A DNA stretch of 63,772 nucleotides, the filler included, from Reclinomonas americana ATCC 50394 (lineage: Eukaryota), in the NCBI GenBank assembly GCA_048213135.1. It is 6 parts of 5 records of this genome, joined end to end, with 100 filler letters (N's around TTAATTAATTAA, not from the genome) between each part and the next. Parts side by side here need not be neighbours in the genome. Positions count along the whole stretch, not along the records: positions 49,235 to 58,543 come from PS015173.1; positions 58,644 to 60,586 come from PS015175.1; positions 60,687 to 62,051 come from PS015176.1; positions 62,152 to 63,772 come from PS015179.1; 2 more parts are not named here. One strand, given 5' to 3'. Under the pieces are notes generated by a model. The model was not told where the DNA came from and searched no databases. It saw only the letters and a program-made list of their open reading frames with translations. Positions 53,714-63,772 of this stretch are shown one piece after another; within the stretch, counting starts at the first letter, position 1, and each line of letters opens with the position of its first letter. The position numbers and the translations under genes were made by a program.

Positions 53714-54821
53714 TTTGGTGTTTACTTTTGTCTCTTTTTTGGTACGCCACAAGCAATGAAAAGATAATACGCACGCCTCCCGAGTCCATTGTCGCTGTTC
53801 CCTGCTACAGTATCGAGCAGAAGCCTCTCGATTTTGGTCTCGGGTTTACCACGGGTGAGCGGATGACCTGCGTGTCAAGGGGAGGGAGGCAGAGTGAGTG
53901 AAAGGGAAAGGGGAGGGAGGGGAGGCGAAAAGCAAGAGCGGGAGTACGGGGGGGGGGGGGGGGGGGTAGGGGGGGTTAAGGTTAGTAGGNNNNNNNNNNN
54001 NNNNNNNNNNNNNNNNNNNNNNNNNNNNNNNNNNNNNNNNNNNNNNNNNNNNNNNNNNNNNNNNNNNNNNNNNNNNNNNNNNNNNNNNNNNNNNNNNNNN
54101 NNNNNNNNNNNNNNNNNNNNNNNNNNNNNNNNNNNNNNNNNNNNNNNNNNNNNNNNNNNNNNNNNNNNNNNNNNNNNNNNNNNNNNNNNNNNNNNNNNNN
54201 NNNNNNNNNNNNNNNNNNNNNNNNNNNNNNNNNNNNNNNNNNNNNNNNNNNNNNNNNNNNNNNNNNNNNNNNNNNNNNNNNNNNNNNNNNNNNNNNNNNN
54301 NNNNNNNNNNNNNNNNNNNNNNNNNNNNNNNNNNNNNNNNNNNNNNNNNNNNNNNNNNNNNNNNNNNNNNNNNNNNNNNNNNNNNNNNNNNNNNNNNNNN
54401 NNNNNNNNNNNNNNNNNNNNNNNNNNNNNNNNNNNNNNNNNNNNNNNNNNNNNNNNNNNNNNNNNNNNNNNNNNNNNNNNNNNNNNNNNNNNNNNNNNNN
54501 NNNNNNNNNNNNNNNNGGGGGGAGGGGGGTTTAATTGAGATCGTAGCAAGAGAAGAGACACATACAGGGAAAGAGAGTGAGAGAGAGAGAGAGAGAATCA
54601 GAAGAGAGGAGGAAGAGCAGTAACTGGTCATGGACAGGGAGGGAGAGAGAGAAACAGAGAGAGAGAGAGAGAGAGAGACAGTGCGTGGTAGACAGAGAGA
54701 GTAAGTCGGGGAGCACATGTGAAAACACAGTAGAGGCAGAGTGATGGAGAACGAAGACGATGAAAGTAGAAACACTTAAGAAAAGCACGCATAAGAGTTC
54801 CATGATTGACCCACGCACGTA

Positions 54822-57353
54822 CCGCTGTCATCGCTGCCGTGAACACCTCCTGCACGTTGAGGCGCGTCTTGGCGCTGCACTCCATGTATCGTGTGGCACC
54901 GATTTCCAGCGCCAGCTCCTCGCCTTCCCTGGTGGAGATGCATTGTGGGTTCTGCTTGTTGGCCTCGCGGAGATCCCACTTGGTGCCGACGAGGATGACT
55001 GGCGAAGCGGGCGTGAGCGGGGGGAGCGAGAGGAAGAGTGTGGAGAGAATGGAGACACGAACCGTGTGTATTCGGAGCAAAGTGACGGACCTCGCGGATC
55101 CATAGCCGACGCACGTTGTCGAATGATTGACGGTTGCAGAGGCTGTGCGCGGCAGTGAGTGCGACTAAAAGAGAGAAAAAGAGAAAGAAAGAGAGACGGA
55201 GGCAAGAAGTAGGAGAAAGCTTGAGGAAATGCGAGAGAGCGAGAGGGGGAAAGAAATGGAGAGACAAACACGGAGGAGCACAGACACACGCAACACGGAT
55301 CCAGAGTGCTGGGAGGTAAGAGGAACCGACAACAGGAGAGAGAGCGTGAGAACTGGAGAGCGACAACGAGAATGAGAAGCACAACTTTGCAGATTTTATA
55401 CACAACGAAGAGCGAGAAAGGGAGAGTGCGAAAGAGACGAAAGGAACGAAGAGATAAAGCAACACGTGCACGGATACAGAGCGCCAAGATCCGAAAGAGA
55501 GGGTCCGAGCGAGAACTCGAGGGGAAAGACGAAAGAACAACGAAGGAGCAACAGAGAAAGCGACAGGAAGAGACAGAGAGACTGAGCAGCACAACTTTGC
55601 AGATTAAAACACAACGAAGCAACAAAAAGAAAGAAAGAGACAGAGAGATGGACGGAAAGGAACAGAGAGATTAGTNNNNNNNNNNNNNNNNNNNNNNNNN
55701 NNNNNNNNNNNNNNNNNNNNNNNNNNNNNNNNNNNNNNNNNNNNNNNNNNNNNNNNNNNNNNNNNNNNNNNNNNNNNNNNNNNNNNNNNNNNNNNNNNNN
55801 NNNNNNNNNNNNNNNNNNNNNNNNNNNNNNNNNNNNNNNNNNNNNNNNNNNNNNNNNNNNNNNNNNNNNNNNNNNNNNNNNNNNNNNNNNNNNNNNNNNN
55901 NNATTGCTTGATCTCTCTGTTCCTTTCCGTCTCTGTCCCATCTCTCTGTCTCTTCTTTCTTTTTGTTGCTTCACTGTGTTATAATCTGCAAGGTTGTGCT
56001 TCTCAGTCTCTCTCTCTCTCTCTGTTGCTTGCTCCTTCGTTGTTCTTTGGTCTTCTCGCTCGGACCCTCTCTGTTGAATCCTTGCCACGGTTATTNNNNN
56101 NNNNNNNNNNNNNNNNNNNNNNNNNNNNNNNNNNNNNNNNNNNNNNNNNNNNNNNNNNNNNNNNNNNNNNNNNNNNNNNNNNNNNNNNNNNNNNNNNNNN
56201 NNNNNNNNNNNNNNNNNNNNNNNNNNNNNNNNNNNNNNNNNNNNNNNNNNNNNNNNNNNNNNNNNNNNNNNNNNNNNNNNNNNNNNNNNNNNNNNNNNNN
56301 NNNNNNNNNNNNNNNNNNNNNNNNNNNNNNNNNNNNNNNNNNNNNNNNNNNNNNNNNNNNNNNNNNNNNNNNNNNNNNNNNNNNNNNNNNNNNNNNNNNN
56401 NNNNNNNNNNNNNNNAACCGTGGCAAGGATTCAACAGAGAGGGTCCGAGCGAGAACTTGAGAGAGAACTTTAAAGAACAACGAAGCAGCAAGCAACAGAG
56501 AGAGAGAGAGAGACCTTTGGCCTCTTCCCTCACCTGAACGCAATCAAAAACGCATTGGTGCCGGGATACGCCAACTGTCGCAGCCGCTCATACTCATCCT
56601 GCACACAAAACAGAGTCAAACCACCACCTCAAAAAAACATGAAGAAAACAAAGCACAAAGAAGACGAAACCTGGCCCGCAGTGTCGACCAAATCTACTCT
56701 CACGCCAATCAGTGATCCTCCTTACAAACAAACACGCCACTTGCAAGACGCAACTCAGAGTCATTTCTTGGCCCTCGCCCACGTTCAGAGTCACTTGATA
56801 TGCGTCGACTGAGAGAGAAGAGAAGAAGAAGAAGAGAAAGAGATCTCTGAGTGAGACGAGGGCAGCCATTGGACACTCTCTTCTCTCTCTTTCTCTCTCA
56901 CACATTACGCAACAGACAGTCGGAACCTGTGTGTGTGTGTTCGATGCATATCAGACACGAGTGCACTCACACACGAGAGAATGACACTGTGAAAAACGCA
57001 ACCCAATCCTCTGGAAACTCGTTCTTGACTACACAACAGAGAGAGCGACAGAGAGTGAGAAGCCGTGTTCAAGGAGTGAGCGCGATATGTTCCGCACTCA
57101 CTGTACGTCATGACCTGAGTGTGAGAGAGAGAGAGTGAGTGAGAGTGTGTGAGTGTGTGTGAGGGAGGGAGGTGCACGCACCAGTGACGTCTTTCCAGCG
57201 CCTCCATCGCCCACGATCTTTGCGTGTGACAGTGTGTGAGTGTGAGAGAGTGGACGATAAGAACATGAGTGTGTGTCCTCTTTTACGCACCACACATTTG
57301 ATTACAGCAGGAACGACGTCTTTTGAGGGCGACGCGGGTGCAGCCGCGCTCAT
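54822..57353 (-). CDS. Rho/Rac-family small GTPase, micro-exon rich; last exon not seen
   Basis: Spliced sequence IKCV|IVGDGGAGKTSL|VMTY|IKNEFPEDW|VPTV|FDAY..N|LVDTAGQ|DEYERLRQLAYPGT..., VILVGTKWDLR, YMECSAKT. Confidence 0.92.
55370..56510. repeat. About 210-nt unit tandem repeat in a Rho GTPase intron, one copy inverted
   Basis: AGCACAACTTTGCAGATT at about 55378 and 55588. GAGAGGGTCCGAGCGAGAAC at about 55497 and 56437. Reverse-complement copy at 55903-56095. Confidence 0.75.
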
Positions 57354-58053
57354 TGTGAAGAGGAAACAAATAATAGGTGTGGTGCGGACAAGATTGTCAG
57401 AAACCCGGCAAACCCGGCGGACATTCGAGAACAATGGTGGCAAAGAGCCCCTAGCACGATGTTGTCCTGACTGCGCAGCTGTATACCGCGAGGTTTGAGG
57501 TGTCTTGTCTGTTTGCTGTCGGAATTCTTGCAAATGTCACGTACTCGAATTCTTCTTCATTTCGTCAATGACGATCGATATCCTTGTTCGGCTCAGAGAG
57601 CAAACACAGGAAAGCCTGCCGATGCCCTCAAGACTGGCCGGTGTATTGTGTCGATGTGTTGGACTTGGTCTTCAAGACGGCTGTGGCTTATTTGCGGGTG
57701 AGTGAGTTGCACTTGTTGGTGACCACTTGGTCCTTGGCGCAAACGTCTCCCCAAGACACGGCTCATGACGTCTGGAACACAGTTAGCTCCAGTGCGCGGC
57801 TTCGATTTGGGGTTCTGGCTGCGCGACCGACGTCGGTATCGATATCGCGACGTCGATTGTCATGACTGGATTGCTCTGAATCTTCCACTGCGCCAACGAG
57901 GCGATAGTAAAATTCACTGGTCCGCGTATCCACTTCCCTGCACTCCACTGTCACAGCCGGCCTCATTTCCCGTGCAGGACGCGGAACCTCGAAGTTGCTC
58001 ATTTTGGTTTGTCTTTGATTTTGTGCGTTACACACACAACGCGACAAGCACTC

Positions 58054-58458
58054 ATGCGCCTGAGCACGCTGCTCTTTCTTGTGGCGTGCATCTCATGTGC
58101 AGCCTTGCTCTGCCACGCTCAGCTCTCCTTCTTCCGGGTGCGACATTGCGTCACAAACACACACACACACAGAGACACAGACGCACCTGCTCTCTCTCTC
58201 TCTTCCACACTCAGTGAGACACACACACACATACAGAGAGAGAGAGAGAGAGAGAGATGCATAGTCACAGGAGTTTGTCCTTTTTTTCAGTTGAGAAGGG
58301 TGGCATGCATGATCAGAATGCCACGTGGCTCATTTTCGCTGTCGTGCTCGCTCCAGCGGAGTGTTCTCTCCGGAACTGTCGACGACTGCTGCACGGACAT
58401 TGAGAGTGTAGACGATGCTAATGATAAGGAGATGACAGGCGTGCTGGCGGAGTTGGCG
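58054..58458 (+). CDS. ERO1: ER oxidoreductin 1, first two exons
   Basis: Signal peptide, then LSGTVDDCCTDIESVDDAN..LAEL, which matches the ERO1 N-terminal G.vDDC.Cd.e.vd..N motif. Confidence 0.75.
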
Positions 58459-58697
58459 GTGAGTCAAACTCCCTCTCTCTTGCTTGCATGCATCAGTGAC
58501 CGACTTCTAATGCTCATCGCGCTCTCTTTCTCCCTCCCCACTCNNNNNNNNNNNNNNNNNNNNNNNNNNNNNNNNNNNNNNNNNNNNTTAATTAATTAAN
58601 NNNNNNNNNNNNNNNNNNNNNNNNNNNNNNNNNNNNNNNNNNNTGGTGGTATGAGGGGCTGCAACACACAAACGCACACATTGATACAAGTGCACAC

Positions 58698-59553
58698 CAG
58701 CGCCTTGCTGCCGAATATCCGCTTCAGCTCGCCGGAAGGATCGAGCAGTGCAGTGTTCACGGCCAGCAGTGCATCGACCGCGTCGTAAAACTCCCCGCTT
58801 CCTGCAGAGGACGCCGCGGAGGGCGCGGATGCCGATCCACTGGCACCCTCGCTCACCGCCAGTTTGGCCATCTCTCTGTTGGGAGGGGGTGAGGTGAAAG
58901 AAGGGAGAAGGGAGAAGGCGAAGGGAGGGGGAGAGTGCAGAAGGGTGAAGGAAGAAAGGGAGCGAGTGGCAAGACCAAGATCCACGCGCTGCACAATGAC
59001 AACTCAACTCCAAGAACGCTTCATCCTCATCGATCGGTTCACCGTCAGCCGTCGCAGTGGGCAACGGCGCCGCCACCGCTGCCTTCTTTACCTTGCCCTT
59101 GCCCTTGTTCTTGTTCTTCTTCTTCTTGCTGCTGCTCTTCTGCTGCGTCGTTGCTGTCGTTGGCGCTGGTTGCTGCTGCACAGGCTCCCGACGCAACGCA
59201 TCGGCCACCGGCATATCATCATCGTCGTCATCGTCATCATCGTCGTCATCTTCCTCCTCCTCACGCCGCTGCAACTCACCATCAGAGCCGCAAATAGTCG
59301 CCAATCACCATGCATGCACACAAACCTGACCAAATCGCACCACGCGAACCACCTCTTCTCCCTCGTCATCATCGCTGCCAGGAGCAGCGCGTCTCACAGG
59401 CGGCGGACGCATCACACGCATTCCCATGTCATCATCATCTTCATCATCTTCATCATCATCACCAGCTGCGCGCTTGCTCTTTGCCTTGCTCATGGCCAGA
59501 GACAGCGCAGGATCATCCTCGCCACGGAGCTTCCTCAGTGCGCGACGCGACAT
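58698..59553 (-). CDS. TCF25: TCF25/Nulp1 (Rqc1) homolog, 5' part
   Basis: Starts MSRRALRKLRGE. Basic KKKKNKNKGK tract. LLAVNTALLDPSGELKRIFGSKAL. Confidence 0.8.
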
Positions 59554-59593
59554 CGTGAAAGTGGACAATGCGCGAGACAGACGAGGCTCGCGG

Positions 59594-59883
59594 GGACTTA
59601 ACTGGCAAGCAAGGCAATCCCCGGAGCGGTGCGGCGCGCGCGTGGAAGGGCATCATCATCACGAATGAGCGACGTTGTCTGTCTCAACACAGAGGCACCC
59701 ACGTTTGCAGCTGCATTTCGGAGTGGACAATACCGGTTCTTCGAGCCGCGTTCGTTGGCGTAAAAGAGAGGTCGCTGCCAGTGCTGCAAACACTGCATTC
59801 GCTTGCTAACAGAGTGCTTGCTGAAATCCCCTGGCGATGGGTTTGCTTGCCATCAAAGTGGACAGTGGCTCGCGCTACTTTCC
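59594..59883 (+). ncRNA. Candidate structured ncRNA with some U1 snRNA-like hallmarks (unverified)
   Basis: 5' ACTTAACTGG. A 10-bp closing helix 59603-59612/59843-59852. ATCACGAA loop at 59658-59665. Several hairpins with G-U pairs favouring the + strand. No clear Sm site. Confidence 0.3.
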
Positions 59884-59918
59884 TAAAGAGGCAATTGTTT
59901 GTGTCGATTGAGAACGCG

Positions 59919-60536
59919 ATGGCAGTGCGACATGCGGATGCCGGCGGCCGCGCCTCCAAGTTCCTCAAGACGGAGAAGATTGGTGAGGGCACCTATGGTG
60001 TGGTGTACAAGGCAAGAAATGAGGTGCGTGCTTGTTTGTGATCGCACACTCGGGACACGCACGCGCTCACCTTGTTTGTGTGTGTGTGTGCTCTTTGTCT
60101 CTCTCTGTGTGCTGATAGGAGACTGGTGAGTACGCGGCACTAAAGCGCATTCGACTGGAGTCCGAAGAAGAAGGTTTGCCGAGGCACTTTGGTCGACTGC
60201 CTTTTCACTCTTTCTCTCACACACTCTCTTCCTCTCTCCCTTACACACACACACACACACTCGTAGGGGTACCATGCACGGCCATTCGAGAGATTGCTCT
60301 GTTGCGCGAATTGAAGCACCCGAACATTGTGCGGTGCGTGCCACCATCCATTGGTTGTCTCTCTGTCTCTTGTGTTGTCTCTGACACTCTCTCTGTGTGT
60401 GCCTCTGTGTGTGCGCAGGTTGCACGATGTGATTCACACGGACAAGAAGTTGACACTGGTGTTCGAGTTCCTCGACTATGATCTGAAAAAATTCTTGGAT
60501 ATGCACGAGGGCGACTTGCCACCACACATTATCAAG
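59919..60536 (+). CDS. Cyclin-dependent kinase, CDK5-like (PCTAIRE helix), 5' part
   Basis: [68 protein letters not shown]. Confidence 0.92.
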
Positions 60537-61076
60537 GTGTGTGAGAGAGACAAGGGTCTTCTCTGTCTTCTGCTGCTGACATTTGCNNNNNNNNNNNNNN
60601 NNNNNNNNNNNNNNNNNNNNNNNNNNNNNNTTAATTAATTAANNNNNNNNNNNNNNNNNNNNNNNNNNNNNNNNNNNNNNNNNNNNAGAGAGAGAGAGAG
60701 AGAGAGAGAGAAGGAGAGGGAATAGGGTGAGAGAGAGAGAGAAGGAGAGAGAATGTGATCGAGACAAGTGATCTGACGCGTGTCACCATCGCAAATGCAC
60801 ACACGCACACATACGCACTCACCCTCTGCTGCCAGATCGTTAAACAACAGCTGCACGCACGCATACACAAGCACAAACACAGACACAGACACAAGCACAA
60901 AAGATGATCGACATCACATCAGTTGCCACTCATTCATCTCACACGCGCACACTGAGAGCAGAGAGACACACGCACCGGTCTCCTCGTCGCCATCACTCGC
61001 GCTCTTCACTCACTCACACACACAAGCAGAAAGGGTCTACGAAATAACGAAATTGAGAAACCGTTTTCATTTCAGC

Positions 61077-61652
61077 TCACTCGGCCTTCTTGGCAGCATC
61101 GTCTTGCAGGCGCGGGACCTCGGCCGGAGGCGCCAGTGTGCTGTACAGCGTGGCGCACACAAAGGAGATTGCCGTCCAGAATGCAGTGCCCCACAGCCGC
61201 TGCGCTTCGGCCTTGTAAAGGTAGTTGTACGGCAGAATGAGGCCCATCAGCAGCTGGCCAGTTGCAATCGACATGCACAGGCTCTGCGCGCGATGCACGT
61301 GTGAGAGGCACTCTGCTTCTCTCTTGTATAGTGGACGGGGCGACTCACCCGACGCCAGCGCGTGGACAGCGACAGGAACGGCCACTGGACCGCGCACACG
61401 GCAAAGATGCTGCGAGGAAGGGGGTGGAGTGAGGAAGGCATGCAATGTGAGGGCGGAAAGAAGACGGCGCACCGGAACAGCGTCTCCAAGTGGGCAATGG
61501 ACTCGGGCGGCGGCGGGATGACCCAGTAGGCCGCCATCTGGCCCGCCGGATTGTAAGCAAAGAGGAAGGCGGTGAAGATATTGAGGGTGAACTGGCCCAT
61601 CAGCACTTTGCGACCGGGACTCGGCTGGTTCGGCAGGGCGCCGCTAAAGTCA
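61077..61652 (-). CDS. Small multi-pass membrane protein of unknown family, 3' exons
   Basis: Hydrophobic segments (QFTLNIFTAFLFAY; IFAVCAVQWPFL; LLMGLILPY; FWTAISFVCATLY) joined by GT-AG introns. Ends DDAAKKAE*. Confidence 0.55.
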
Positions 61653-61930
61653 CCTGTGGGAAGCAAATGGGTGAGGGGAGAGGGAGGGGGAGAGGGAGGA
61701 GGAAAGGGAGGAGAAGGAAGAGAAACGAAGGAGTTAGAGTACGAGCAATGGAGGCAACGCAAGGGAGAGGAAGAGAAAGAGTGAGCGACAGAGCGCGATG
61801 TGGGTTGGGCAGGAGCATGTGAAAACGAAGGAGGCAGACCCAGCAATAGCTGACGGTAAGAGAATGACACAGAGCAAAATAACAGGGAGAAGGAAACAAT
61901 GAAGCAGCGAGAGCCAGCAACAGACTGACG

Positions 61931-61967
<37 letters not shown>

Positions 61968-62225
61968 GACGACGAGAAGGAGAGAGAGAAGAGGAGAGAG
62001 AGAGAGGAGTGGCGGGTAGGGGTAGGAGGAGAGACGAAGACGGAGACGGAGNNNNNNNNNNNNNNNNNNNNNNNNNNNNNNNNNNNNNNNNNNNNTTAAT
62101 TAATTAANNNNNNNNNNNNNNNNNNNNNNNNNNNNNNNNNNNNNNNNNNNNACTGCTTCCCTGCTACCTCTTTTCCATTGTGCGCAACGCGGCTATTTGC
62201 ATATTGGAAATCGACGCTAGCAAAC

Positions 62226-63294
62226 TCACTCAGTCATCTTGGCGTTGTCCGAGGGGAGCATCGGCGGCAGCGGCGGCAACGTTAGAGGAGGGGGCGGGGG
62301 TGGAAGCTGAGATGACCCACCGTCGCTGGAGACCGCGGGCGGCGGGAACAGATGGAAGTTTACGGCAGACGGAGCACCCACAGCGCCGGTAGCCGACAAG
62401 TTGAAAAGGTTGGCCACCGAGGAGCCATCGGCTGAGCTCGGGGGCAGTGGCAGCGGGAGTGGCACCGGATTGCTGTGGCGCGAGGCCGAGCGCAGAGCCG
62501 TGAGCTCCGCCTCGGAGGGCCGCTCGCGCTTGGCGCGGTGGCCCTTCAACACACAGTGGAGAGGCACTCTGTCGAAAAATAACACGATGAGCGACATGGA
62601 AAGAGAGGGAGAGAGAGTGACAATCAATTCTCTCTCACCGAGTGCCGGCCTTGGTCACCAGCAGCACGTGCGCCGAGACGCGGCGCGTGAAACCATCGGC
62701 CTGCCACATGACCGCATAAAAGCCCGGCGGCTGGTCCTGCAGCAGCGTGTACGACTCGTTGCCGTCGAGGGGCACCACACGATCAATCGTGGTCTCGTCC
62801 TCGGTGTTGCCGCCCTGCAGGCGGAACGGCCGCGAGATGCGCATGGTATCCTGCTCGTCTTGCCCGCGCTTGCGATGCTTGATCCACTGCGTGCCGTCAC
62901 GCTGCGCGCGCGCACACACACAGGAGATGTGAGCTCCACAAGTCGCAACAACCACCATTCATCTCAAAGAAGACACACCTTGCGCGGCAGCTCACAGCCG
63001 GCCTGATCGACAATCGACACATTCAACGCCGGCGCATAGATGGCCGCCGAGTGATCCACGCCCGGCGACGAGTGCGACGCCGACGCCTGCGACGCGGTGC
63101 GCTTTCTCCGCGACGCCGTGCCACCTCGCGACGGTGTATGTGCCGCCGCCGCAGCCGCCGCCGCCGCCGCCGCATTCGTCGACGACAACGCGCCCGCCTG
63201 CGCCAGCTGCAAGACAAGGCCGCCGCCGGCAACGACGACGCCCCCGCCTGTCCCTGCGCAGCCGCAGCCGCAGCCGCCGCCGCACCTCCCGGCG

Positions 63295-63327
<33 letters not shown>

Positions 63328-63760
63328 GGAGCAACAGCGCCAAGTACGCGGAGAACAAGCTGGCCGGGTTCACCGCAGGCGCAGCTGCTGGTGCCGCGCT
63401 GCCGTCTGCGGGTGGCGGGGGCGGTGGTGGTGGCGGCGGCAGTCCGTTCTCTGGCAGTGAGATGGTGGTGGTGGGCGCTGCGGCCGAGCCCTCCATCATC
63501 ACCAGCGGTGGGAGCGGTGGTGGCGGTGGTGGTGGTGGCGGTGGTGGCGGCGGTGGAGGCGGCGGAGGAGGAGGAGGCGGTGGCAACTCCATCATGGAGG
63601 TGTCAGGGTCGGCCAAGCGCGCGCGTTTGCGCGCAGGTTCCAAGTCATCCTCGTCCCCGTCGTCGTCATCGTCGTCGTCGTCGTCAGCAGTGGAGTCGCC
63701 GTCGACAATGGGCGGCTTTTCGAGTGGCGGCAGGTCGGAGTCAGAGGCAGAAGTGTCCAT
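62226..63760 (-). CDS. Uncharacterised Pro/Gln/Ala-rich, probably nuclear protein
   Basis: Acidic tract, RKRAR and RRKR NLS-like motifs, poly-P/Q, and globular exons (YAPALNVSIVDQAG; PPGFYAVMWQADG). Confidence 0.5.
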
Positions 63761-63772
63761 GGACAGAGGACA

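Noticed and set aside
57763-58002. Small ORF MSNFEVPRPAREM.. between the Rho GTPase and ERO1
   Set aside because: No recognisable motif or convincing splice pattern, so it cannot be supported.
59590-59855. RNase MRP/P RNA (GGGGACTTA and GAAATCCCC resemble P4 strands)
   Set aside because: The CR-I-like and CR-V-like motifs are in the wrong order on both strands.
3873-60536. Alternative genetic code or non-GT-AG introns
   Set aside because: Every conserved gene checked could be restored with GT-AG introns and the standard code. TAA, TAG and TGA all serve as stops.
1-63772. CRISPR arrays, tRNA/rRNA genes, transposase or reverse-transcriptase ORFs
   Set aside because: No regularly spaced repeats, cloverleafs, rRNA motifs or mobile-element protein motifs were recognised.

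Overview
Eukaryotic (protist-like) GC-rich, gene-dense draft genome sequence with many short (mostly about 50-110 nt) GT-AG introns and abundant (CA)n/(GA)n microsatellites. The window is a concatenation of about six scaffolds joined by artificial N-TTAATTAATTAA-N linkers and has many internal N gaps, so adjacency across linkers is meaningless and several genes are partial. Genes reconstructed by manual splicing: DUF1152-type protein, low-specificity threonine aldolase, TDRD9/Spindle-E-like DExH helicase, two TBC RabGAPs, a WD40 protein, a protein ending in a RAD51AP1-like motif, a GPI-anchored surface protein, a UXT/SLC35E3-type nucleotide-sugar transporter tail-to-tail with UDP-xylose synthase, a cAMP-receptor/GCR1-like GPCR, HPP and TPR proteins, villin, SYF2 (with a PRP4/SFM-like N-terminus), NDUFB3, peptide deformylase, a class C beta-lactamase-like hydrolase, a micro-exon-rich Rho GTPase, ERO1, TCF25 and a CDK5-like kinase. 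The most striking signal is a frequent second class of 5' splice site, GTTGCGT/GTTGAGT (the usual GTGCGT/GTGAGT shifted by one base). An intergenic structured element at about 59594-59883 starts with a U1-like ACTTAACTGG that would pair with those shifted donors; this link is speculative. All family assignments come from motif recognition by eye, not database searches.
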